DNA of 64,000 nucleotides from a virus, in IMG/VR virus record IMGVR_UViG_3300032087_005129, one strand, 5' to 3'. Below, piece by piece: positions 45,432 through 53,929 of this stretch; position 1 is the stretch's first letter; every line of letters begins with the position of its first letter. The position numbers were made by a program, and so were the translations under genes. The notes below the pieces were generated by a model that saw nothing but the letters and a program-made list of their open reading frames with translations, was not told the DNA's origin and did no database searches.

Positions 45432-45625
45432 TGTTTACTGCAATTTTTACTCTGGGTGGTTTTACATTCGGATTGATTCTCGGTGTCTGCTTCGGTAGCG
45501 GCTTTATTGATGATCGTCGGAGGTTCTAATGTTTGATGAACCAGAATTTTGGATTGTTGCCTTTGCGTTTATCATGTTTGCTCGTGCAATTCGGCACGAC
45601 TTGAATACTAAGGAGTAATAAAAAA

Positions 45626-45814
45626 ATGTTTCCATTTCCAAATGTACCAATGGTACCAACAGGTTGGCCTCTAGGCTATTGGTGGCCAGTATCAGCCGAT
45701 AGTATAGAACACTTCTGGCTTATTTTGATTAACCTTCTCTCTAACTGGCAAGCAGGAGAACAATGGTTTTTTCAACTGATCACTCTTCTCTCAGCATGGT
45801 CGTTGTGGGGTTAA
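45626..45814 (+). CDS. Small Trp-rich protein with repeated L..LLS.W
   Basis: AAGGAG RBS. Confidence 0.6.
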   Translation: MFPFPNVPMVPTGWPLGYWWPVSADSIEHFWLILINLLSNWQAGEQWFFQLITLLSAWSLWG

Positions 45815-45907
45815 CCATGACAACACCTGAATTTTTTCTTTACATCTTTTTGCCTATGAATGCAATGTTCACGATGGGCTTTTGTTTGTACTACTCAAAG
45901 GATTAAT

Positions 45908-46468
45908 ATGCTTTTGTTTGTTGCTTTGAAATTAGAAGTACCGACTCTTCACGATAAAAACAATGTGTTTTTTACTGGCGTTGGAAAGATCAATGCAACA
46001 CATGTTGTCACACGAGAGTTGATGAACTATAAACATACACACGGTAAACTTCCTAATCTTGTTGTTAACTACGGAACTGCTGGATCTATTTCCGATGCAA
46101 GTGGTCTTGTTGAATGCAAAGATTTTGTTCAGCGTGATATGGATTGTAGTGCGATTGATGTGCCAAAATATTACACACCTTACGAGTATTTGCCAGATCT
46201 CTCAACGAATTCTGGTGATGTTGTTTGTGGCACCGGCGATAGTTTTGTTACAAACAAAGATGAGTTGGTAAAAGATATGCATATCGTAGATATGGAAGCA
46301 TACGCGATTGCTAAAGTTTGCAAAAAAATGCTTGTGCCTTTTGTATGTTTCAAGTATATTAGTGACAACGCAGATCAGAAATCTGGCTCTGAGTGGCAAA
46401 ACTTTAGTATGAGAAAAGGCGAAGAGTCTTTTATTCAAGAAATGAAAAAGCGAGGTATAGAAATCTAA
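45908..46468 (+). CDS. 5'-methylthioadenosine/S-adenosylhomocysteine nucleosidase-like (PNP/UDP family)
   Basis: TGVGKINA, NYGTAGS, TGDSFV, VDMEAYA, KYISDNAD. Confidence 0.85.
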   Translation: MLLFVALKLEVPTLHDKNNVFFTGVGKINATHVVTRELMNYKHTHGKLPNLVVNYGTAGSISDASGLVECKDFVQRDMDCSAIDVPKYYTPYEYLPDLSTNSGDVVCGTGDSFVTNKDELVKDMHIVDMEAYAIAKVCKKMLVPFVCFKYISDNADQKSGSEWQNFSMRKGEESFIQEMKKRGIEI

Positions 46469-46677
46469 TGAAATGTTCAGACTGTGGAAAAAATATTCCT
46501 TCTTTGCGATTAGAGGCTGTACCAGGCACACAACATTGTGTAGACTGTATAGATAAACATATGCCCAAAAGAAAAGGGTACATGATCTACGGCCACAAAA
46601 CTGCTGGTGAAATTGTTATGGCAACTGGTGATGAAAACATTCGTCGCCTTGAAAGAGAATATTTTAGGAGTAGATGA
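46468..46677 (+). CDS. TraR/DksA C4 zinc-finger protein
   Basis: CSDCG..IP..RLEAVPGT..CVDC. Confidence 0.85.
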   Translation: MKCSDCGKNIPSLRLEAVPGTQHCVDCIDKHMPKRKGYMIYGHKTAGEIVMATGDENIRRLEREYFRSR

Positions 46678-47063
46678 TGAATAGAAACCCGACAATTTAT
46701 GTTGCTGGCCCAATGCGTGGCTATGAAGATTATAATTATCCTGCCTTTGATCGTTGCTCTAGAGTGCTTCGAGAACAGGGTTGGAATGTTATTAACCCCG
46801 CTGAACTAGACAGAGATGCAGGCAAGCCTATGTCTGATCCTATGTCTTTTGCACCAGACACAAACTATGAAGATCACGAGTTTATGAGAAAAGCATTGCG
46901 TCGTGACATGGTTGCAATTTGCGATGAATGTACCGCAATCTACATGATGAGCAACTGGGAAAGAAGCAAGGGTGCAAACGCAGAGTTAGCATTATCAAAA
47001 GCAATGGGTCTTGACATCTATTATGAGGCACCATTACCAAAAGTAAAGGAAGAACTTAAATGA
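46674..47063 (+). CDS. DUF4406 (nucleoside deoxyribosyltransferase-like) protein
   Basis: IYVAGPMRG...N.PAF...INPA...WERSKGA.AE. Confidence 0.8.
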   Translation: MMNRNPTIYVAGPMRGYEDYNYPAFDRCSRVLREQGWNVINPAELDRDAGKPMSDPMSFAPDTNYEDHEFMRKALRRDMVAICDECTAIYMMSNWERSKGANAELALSKAMGLDIYYEAPLPKVKEELK

Positions 47064-47401
47064 AAGAAATGAAACCACAATACACTTACAAAGCGACTGT
47101 GCAGAAAGTCGTTGATGGAGACACAGTTGATCTTTTGATTGATTGTGGCTTTAATATTTTGAGAACAGAGCGTATTCGCTTTTATGGTGTTGATGCTTGG
47201 GAAACTCGTGGTGAAGAAAGAGAAAGGGGTCTAAAGGCAAAGAAGTTTGTTCAAGATCTTCTTCCTGTTGGTTCTGAGTGTGTTGTTCGCACAGGAAAAG
47301 AACAAGGTAAGTTTGGTCGCTATCTTGGAGAGATCTATGTGAATGATAAGAGCCTCAATGAAATGCTTCTTGAAGAAGGTCATGCTGAGGTGTATAAGTG
47401 A
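47060..47401 (+). CDS. Thermonuclease (SNase-like)
   Basis: KVVDGDT, RIR..GVDA.E, GKFGRYL, LLEEGHA. Confidence 0.88.
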   Translation: MKEMKPQYTYKATVQKVVDGDTVDLLIDCGFNILRTERIRFYGVDAWETRGEERERGLKAKKFVQDLLPVGSECVVRTGKEQGKFGRYLGEIYVNDKSLNEMLLEEGHAEVYK

Positions 47402-47710
47402 CTTTAGATGCAGTCACTAAATTTGTACCATTGGTTGCGGGTCTTTTGTACGCAGTTGTTGGTATTGCATACTTTATGAAAAAGGAATGGGCTTGGGGTG
47501 TTGTATGGACTTCATACTCATTCGCAAACTTTGGTTTGACAATCGCAGGTAACGAATAAACAGGAGAACAAAAATGGCAAGACAAACCACAAACGAAAAA
47601 GCACATGTTCAGGGTCTTTTGAAAGAGGGTCGTTTGCGTCCTTCTAAGAGATCAAAAAGACCAGGTGCTGCTCGAACAAGTCGATCAGGTAACGGAAAGA
47701 AAATTAAGTA

Positions 47711-48685
47711 ATGTCAAAGTGTCCTTTTGGTTTTATAGCAGAAAAGTTTAACAAGGATAATCCTGATCTGAAAACAACAAAAGAAAGTTATCCAAAAGAA
47801 ACTTTTGATGAGTCTAAACTTTCAATCATTGCACATGATGTTGGTGCTGCTGAATGGGGTATTGAAATAGAAACCGCACCATCTCAAAGAGAATGGATGA
47901 CTGACACGAAAGGTCATGCTTACAAGTGTTTACCTTTGGTTGCCGCAAATAACCTAGGTTGGGTATTGAGATGTCCATCATCTTTTTCTGCTTATTGGAC
48001 TGGTAATAAAGGATTAAACTCTGTTCGTATAATTCCACACACAAAAGAAAAAATTAATTTTGTCCAATCGCATTTTGGACATGGAACTTTAACTTTTCAT
48101 CCTGGGTTTATTTTTACAACAACAAAAAATCACGGACTCTATGTAAAAGGACCAACAAACCTTCCCGACTTTGAAAAAAAAATGGGCATAACACCATTAG
48201 AAGGTCTTGTTGAAACTGACTGGCTTCAATTTTCATTTACAATGAACTGGAAATTCACTGAGTCTCGAAGACTAGTTACTTTTTATCAAGATGACATTTT
48301 TTGTCAATTTTTTCCATATCCTAGAAGTTATGTTTCGCAGTTTGAAACAGACACAAGATTAATTGAAGACAGTAAAGGTTTTGAAAAGTCTGTGCGAAAT
48401 TACAAAGAACATCGAGATCTTGTGCAAAAGACAATTGAAGAAACAAAAGAATCGCCGCCAAAAGATATTCAACTACACTATCTTCGAGGAGAAAATATTG
48501 ATGGTACAAAAACTTCAATTTCAGAACTTGGTTTTACACATGAACCCAAGTGCGGTGCAAAAAAGTTTCCTGTGATATCTAAAGATCAATTGGTGTATGA
48601 AACTGAAGAGATACAAGATCTTTTAGACAAAGGCGCCGAACATGAAGAAATAGTTGAAAAGATTAAAGAAAAAAATGAAGATTAA
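47711..48685 (+). CDS. DUF6065-like protein
   Basis: HAYKCLPLVAANNLGW, SHFGHG, LEGLVETDW, FTMNWKFT. Confidence 0.75.
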   Translation: MSKCPFGFIAEKFNKDNPDLKTTKESYPKETFDESKLSIIAHDVGAAEWGIEIETAPSQREWMTDTKGHAYKCLPLVAANNLGWVLRCPSSFSAYWTGNKGLNSVRIIPHTKEKINFVQSHFGHGTLTFHPGFIFTTTKNHGLYVKGPTNLPDFEKKMGITPLEGLVETDWLQFSFTMNWKFTESRRLVTFYQDDIFCQFFPYPRSYVSQFETDTRLIEDSKGFEKSVRNYKEHRDLVQKTIEETKESPPKDIQLHYLRGENIDGTKTSISELGFTHEPKCGAKKFPVISKDQLVYETEEIQDLLDKGAEHEEIVEKIKEKNED

Positions 48686-48687
48686 AC

Positions 48688-48715
48688 AAGACCCCGTAAG
48701 GGGTCTTTAATTTTT
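48688..48715 (+). terminator. Intrinsic terminator
   Basis: AAGACCCC-GTAA-GGGGTCTT followed by a T-tract. Confidence 0.75.
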
Positions 48716-48798
48716 CACACAACGCTAATACATCCTGTACTAAAAATTAACACTCCCAATAATAAGTAATTGTTTGCCAATTTTTAGGGGAGTTTCAC

Positions 48799-50400
48799 AT
48801 GACAAATCTCGTTCTTGCTTTTACTCTGGCAGCAAACATTGATGTTACTGAAGACATCGCAACATCAACAACTTGGACTGCGGACAACACCTACAATCTA
48901 ACAAAACAAATTTATGTGTTGCCGGGGGCAACTTTGACAATTGAAGCAGGAACAATCATTGCTTCAGAAGCAACTGCAAATGGTGCAGGTGGTTTATGTG
49001 TGACAAATGGCGCACAAATTTTTGTAAACGGAGAAAGACACGCACCAGTCGTGATGACTTCAACCCTTGATGATGGGACTTGGAGAGCATCTGCGAATGA
49101 GTGGGGTAATCTTACGCTATGCGGTGATGCATATATCGGATTCGATGGTGTAACAAACTCTGGAGGTTTCCCTTCAAACACCCTGACTCCGAGTGCATCT
49201 AACCAAGCAAACATGGAAGGTCTTGTTGAAACAGCAGGCAACTCATCTCTAAATAATTATGGTGGTGGTGATGACGATTATGATGCAGGCAATTTATCTT
49301 ATCTGTCTATTCGCTATGCGGGTAGAGTTGTCGGACTATCTAATGAACTCAATGGTCTGTCTCTTGGTGCTATTGGTCGGGATACGAAAATCCATCACAT
49401 CGAAGTAATGAACAACGTCGATGACGGCATCGAGATTTGGGGTGGTACGGTTGACCTCAAGTATGTCTCTATCTGGAATGTTGGTGATGACTCGTTTGAT
49501 GTTGATCAAGGTTGGAGAGGTCGGGCGCAGTTTGGTTTGATCGTGCAAGGCTATTCACGAAACGCTTCACAAGGTTCTGGACTCGGTGACAATATCTTTG
49601 AGTTTGATGGTGCAGAAAACTCTGATGCTCAACCAAGAACTCGTGCAGCAATCTATAACTTTACCACGATTGCAAACACTGAGTCTGGCGATGGTACAAC
49701 AACTTGGAGAGACAACGCATCGGTTCAATTCCGAAACAATATCTTCATCGGTAAAGGCGACAAACTTGTTCGTGCTGATGGGGATGATGGAGATGGATCT
49801 TCTGGGTATGGTCACAACGGTTCTCTGACGCTCGCTGAACGCTTTGAGACAGATGCAGTGGGATCAAACGGGATTGCTTACATTGATCCTGTAAACGCTG
49901 GTGCTTCTTCTATGATGGACAATCTGTATCAAGCACAAACCGATGGTAAACTTGCAGAATTGTCAAACAACATTATCTCTGGTTTTGGTGATATTTCCGA
50001 TGACCCATACTACGACATCGTGCCTGCGTCAATGCGTGTCACAAATGTTGAAACCGCAGAACTTCCGATTCGCACACTGGTTCGTGCGCCGAGTGTTGTT
50101 GTCGGTGGTAAGTCTGTGAATGCTGTTGTGTCAATTGACCCGACACCGATTGACTCTGACATTATCACGACACCCGCTCCTGCACCTGCAAATGGTTTCT
50201 ATTCACCCGTCACCTATCGTGGTGGTTTTGCTCCCGATGAAAACTGGTTGCTCGGATGGTCTGCTGCTGATGAGTTTGGTTTCTTGACAGGAACAGACGA
50301 TAGCGATTGTGGAACTTGTAAGGGTGATGCAAATGCCGATGGTGTGGTTGGTTTCCTTGACCTGACTACTATTCTTGGAAACTGGGGATGCGAAGGCTAA
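48799..50400 (+). CDS. Host-like exported parallel beta-helix protein with C-terminal dockerin-like motif
   Basis: DDGIEIWGG, DDSFDVDQGW.G..QF; ends CKGDANADGVVGFLDLTTILGNWG. Confidence 0.75.
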   Translation: MTNLVLAFTLAANIDVTEDIATSTTWTADNTYNLTKQIYVLPGATLTIEAGTIIASEATANGAGGLCVTNGAQIFVNGERHAPVVMTSTLDDGTWRASANEWGNLTLCGDAYIGFDGVTNSGGFPSNTLTPSASNQANMEGLVETAGNSSLNNYGGGDDDYDAGNLSYLSIRYAGRVVGLSNELNGLSLGAIGRDTKIHHIEVMNNVDDGIEIWGGTVDLKYVSIWNVGDDSFDVDQGWRGRAQFGLIVQGYSRNASQGSGLGDNIFEFDGAENSDAQPRTRAAIYNFTTIANTESGDGTTTWRDNASVQFRNNIFIGKGDKLVRADGDDGDGSSGYGHNGSLTLAERFETDAVGSNGIAYIDPVNAGASSMMDNLYQAQTDGKLAELSNNIISGFGDISDDPYYDIVPASMRVTNVETAELPIRTLVRAPSVVVGGKSVNAVVSIDPTPIDSDIITTPAPAPANGFYSPVTYRGGFAPDENWLLGWSAADEFGFLTGTDDSDCGTCKGDANADGVVGFLDLTTILGNWGCEG

Positions 50401-51029
50401 TCAGAACATTTGTTGCTTTCATTCTTGGGTTAGTATGCACAGCATTCTTCTTTATGCTGTTGCCATTACTTCAAGCGATCAACTCTCCATTCCAAGGTGA
50501 TTCTATGGTACGAACGATGGAAATAGTCAGCGTCCCACCACCTCCACCACCACCGATGGATGAACCGGATAAGCCTGAACCCGAACCAGAGCCAGAACCA
50601 CCTCAGATAGAATTCACACCTGAACCGCTCGACATCAGCCAGTTAGAGGTTATGCTCAATCCCGGCTTTGGTGATTTTATGGGTGGTGACTTCGGTATTC
50701 AGTTGAAGAGTGCAATAGCAAATAGCGAAGAGATGAATGAAATTTTTTCTTCGTCAGAACTCGATCAGAAGGCTCGCCGTTTGAGTGTGGTACAACCTCG
50801 TGTCACCTCTACGTTACTTCGTCAAGCCCCTGCGACCGTAGTAGTAATCTTTATTGTTGATGAAAATGGCAGGGTTCAAGATCCCAAAATTCAGCGAACG
50901 ACTAATCCATCCTTTGATCGATCTGCTCTTTCTGCTATCAAGCAATGGAAGTTTGAGCCTGCCAAAGTTCAGGGTCGTGCCGTTTCAAGTCGTCTGCGAC
51001 AATCATTTTCTTTTGAAAATAACGTATAA
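50388..51029 (+). CDS. tonB: TonB-family energy transducer
   Basis: N-terminal TM, Pro/EP-rich linker, V.FIVDENG.V...A..AIKQWKFEPA. Confidence 0.88.
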   Translation: MRRLIRTFVAFILGLVCTAFFFMLLPLLQAINSPFQGDSMVRTMEIVSVPPPPPPPMDEPDKPEPEPEPEPPQIEFTPEPLDISQLEVMLNPGFGDFMGGDFGIQLKSAIANSEEMNEIFSSSELDQKARRLSVVQPRVTSTLLRQAPATVVVIFIVDENGRVQDPKIQRTTNPSFDRSALSAIKQWKFEPAKVQGRAVSSRLRQSFSFENNV

Positions 51030-51032
51030 ATA
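51025..51032 (+). promoter_or_regulatory. Late promoter TATAAATA
   Basis: Exact match. Confidence 0.75.
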
Positions 51033-51046
51033 AAAGCATCGAGGTT

Positions 51047-52432
51047 ATGATGCTTGAAAAATACCCTGAAAACACAAAACTTGTTCTAAGCACACAAAAC
51101 TCTTTGGGTCGAAAACTTGAATCGTTTGGCTATAAAAACAAAGATGTTTTTGTGGTTGAAAAAGAAACCAAGACGAACAACAACATCAAAATATCAACAA
51201 AAGCAAAGCAGCACACAATCTATGTGAGTGGCCCCGATGGCTATGTCTTTAAACTATCTGTATCAGAAAAAGTCTTTGAAGGTGCTTTCACAGCATCTAA
51301 AAGTGCCAAACAAAAGATTGATCCCACTCGTTTCGAAATTGACATCGTAAATGAGATTAATGAGCGAGGGGGAAAGCAAACATTTAATGGCGGCAACGAA
51401 ACAATTGCATCGTCTGAACTGGCAAAATCAATTGTTGACTCACTCGAAGACAAGATTGGCAAAGTAAAGTCTGCAAGACCTGTCTCTGGCACATCAGTCA
51501 CTTCAAATTTAACAAAACTATATCAACAGTTTGGCGTGAAAAGCGGTGAGCCTAAAACAGATATTATAGTCGATGCAGGTAAAGAGTTTCTTTGCTCAGT
51601 TAAAAAGAAAGAACGTTCTCAGTTTGCAGCAGCACAACATAATGAGATTGCTGCTGTTGTTCAGGTTGTATTTCAGAACTCAAAAGAAGAAAAGAAACTT
51701 GCCAAAGATCTTGCCTCTATTGTGAAGAACATCATCTCAAAAGAAAACTATTATGAACTTCGAAGTCGAATACCAAACTATGATGAAGTTGTCGGTAGTG
51801 TTCTTCGTTTTTCGCCAAACAAACCAAAGAAAGAAGACTTTGAAGCATTCAATTTGATTCTGAATGAAACGGGTCTTGCAAAAAAGTTTAGCACAAGCAT
51901 TCTTGAATTGATGAATCGGAAAGATACACAAAGAAGAATTTTTCAAGAACTCATTGTCGGTGAGAAACGATTTGTAAACAAAGAACATAGTCCCTCACAC
52001 ATTTTTGCTTGGTCGGAATCTACAGGTGAAATATTCATGCAGGATATTTTTGATTATGTTGACAACTCATTCAAGCGTGGTGCGTTTCGTTTTGGTATTT
52101 CAGATCGTGGAAACAGAAGAGGTGGATCATTTAGATTAGCCCCCACAGATCTTAAAGAATGGAGACTTACAAAAGAACAATTCTATAAATACCAAGAGTT
52201 AAATGAAGTGTTCGATTGTGAAATGAATCAAGTAATTCAAGAGGCAATGGTTCAAAAATTGAAATCTTTTGGTAAAGAAACAAAAGAAAAGGTTGCAAAC
52301 GCAATTCGATATCTAGCCAATCTGGCAAAAAAGATCTTTTCGTTTGTTTCTCTTCTAATTAGTAAGGGTATTGGAAAACTAAGTGAGATGTTTGGTCTTG
52401 AATATGAGGCAGAGATTAAATACTCATTCTGA
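51047..52432 (+). CDS. Hypothetical protein, possible PD-(D/E)xK-type nuclease fold
   Basis: EPKTDII...CSVKK. Confidence 0.6.
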   Translation: MMLEKYPENTKLVLSTQNSLGRKLESFGYKNKDVFVVEKETKTNNNIKISTKAKQHTIYVSGPDGYVFKLSVSEKVFEGAFTASKSAKQKIDPTRFEIDIVNEINERGGKQTFNGGNETIASSELAKSIVDSLEDKIGKVKSARPVSGTSVTSNLTKLYQQFGVKSGEPKTDIIVDAGKEFLCSVKKKERSQFAAAQHNEIAAVVQVVFQNSKEEKKLAKDLASIVKNIISKENYYELRSRIPNYDEVVGSVLRFSPNKPKKEDFEAFNLILNETGLAKKFSTSILELMNRKDTQRRIFQELIVGEKRFVNKEHSPSHIFAWSESTGEIFMQDIFDYVDNSFKRGAFRFGISDRGNRRGGSFRLAPTDLKEWRLTKEQFYKYQELNEVFDCEMNQVIQEAMVQKLKSFGKETKEKVANAIRYLANLAKKIFSFVSLLISKGIGKLSEMFGLEYEAEIKYSF

Positions 52433-52440
52433 GGAAACAC

Positions 52441-53904
52441 ATGAAAACGTATAAAGACATACTCAAAGAACAAAAAAATAAACTTGGTAGTGCGCCAACC
52501 ATCAGCACAGGTGGCTTTAGATCGCAGAATCAATTTACGAGTGCCTCTGGTAAAACTCTAACAGGTCTTGATAACCAACTTGCATTGAGTGGCAACCTTG
52601 GTACATCTTATGGTCAAGGCGTTCTTACACCAACAGCATTCACTGATATTGGCCTTGCTAATCAGAAAACATTTATAAACACAAATAAGCCTGGAACAAA
52701 AAAAGGTGGAGTAGACGTTGATCTTGGTGGTGGAAAAGGTGTGCGAGGAGATACAGACACTCGCGGAAAAGATAACACAGACAACAACGGCAACTCCCCA
52801 ATCTATGGTGAACCCTTAACATCAGTTCAAACAGGTGATGGTGGCCAAGTTTATTTCTATGAAAATGGAATGATTGGTTATGATTTTGATGGTGACGGCA
52901 CTGTTGATTTTTGGGATCCGAGATTCTTTGGCAAAGACTTTACAGGTGAGTTCAACTATGACATGCTTCTTGAGATTTTGTCATACTACTCAAGAATAGC
53001 AAGTGGTGGTGGTGGCGAAACTGAAACGCCTCCTGGTCCTCAGCCTCCTATTGGTACAACACCTGATCCTCAGCCTCCTATCGGCACAACCCCTGATCAA
53101 CCAATTTTAGATACAGAAGTGGAAACAGAAGTAGAAGATGAACCAGATCAAGAAACTGAGGAAGATATAGATCGTGCAGGTCAATTCTATGATCCTATTT
53201 CGAATACTATTGTGAACCTGAGTTATAACCCATCACAAATCAAAGCATACTACAAAGAACTTTACGCCTTTGATGGTAACGGTGATGGTATTCCTGATTG
53301 GCTTGTTGACGGTTACAAAGCACAGGTTGAAGGACTTGGTGATTTTGCTTTGCTTTTTGGACTGTTGCCAGATCTGGTGTATGACGATGCAGGTAATTTA
53401 ACACCAGAATCGTTGCAATCAATTTCTTATCTTCTCATGTTCTATCAAAGCGAATTGATGCCTGGTTATAACTCGGTGTTTGGTGAAGGTTCAACCTTCT
53501 TTAATTACTTCTTCGGGCCAGGAGGCATCTACGAGGGAAGATATGAAGAATTCTTTGGTCAACGTGATGATGAAGGTGATGTTTTACCTGATGATTATTA
53601 CGCAGAAACATTTGCAGATAGTGAATTTATTGATAATTTCTTTGCCGATCCTCTATGGGAAAATCTAGTTGGTGACCTATTCCAAGTAGGCTATACAGTT
53701 GATGATTTAGGTAACTACATCGTTCAGTTTGAATATACAATACAGTATCCCGATGACATAAGTGGACAACCAGGCCCTACTCGAACATTCACTAATCTAT
53801 ACGGTATCGACTACGCACCGCAAGACGGAATTATTGACGAGTTATTCTTCGAAAATACAGGTCAAGGTGGCCAAGGCGGCGACATCGGGACTCAACCAGG
53901 CTAA
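52441..53904 (+). CDS. Acidic Gly/Pro-rich protein with capsid-targeting-like leader and DxDGDG loops
   Basis: MKTYKDILKE; DFDGDGTVD; DGNGDGIPD; PQPPIGTTPD repeat. Confidence 0.8.
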   Translation: MKTYKDILKEQKNKLGSAPTISTGGFRSQNQFTSASGKTLTGLDNQLALSGNLGTSYGQGVLTPTAFTDIGLANQKTFINTNKPGTKKGGVDVDLGGGKGVRGDTDTRGKDNTDNNGNSPIYGEPLTSVQTGDGGQVYFYENGMIGYDFDGDGTVDFWDPRFFGKDFTGEFNYDMLLEILSYYSRIASGGGGETETPPGPQPPIGTTPDPQPPIGTTPDQPILDTEVETEVEDEPDQETEEDIDRAGQFYDPISNTIVNLSYNPSQIKAYYKELYAFDGNGDGIPDWLVDGYKAQVEGLGDFALLFGLLPDLVYDDAGNLTPESLQSISYLLMFYQSELMPGYNSVFGEGSTFFNYFFGPGGIYEGRYEEFFGQRDDEGDVLPDDYYAETFADSEFIDNFFADPLWENLVGDLFQVGYTVDDLGNYIVQFEYTIQYPDDISGQPGPTRTFTNLYGIDYAPQDGIIDELFFENTGQGGQGGDIGTQPG

Positions 53905-53929
53905 TAAATAAAGGAAAAGAGAAACAAAA

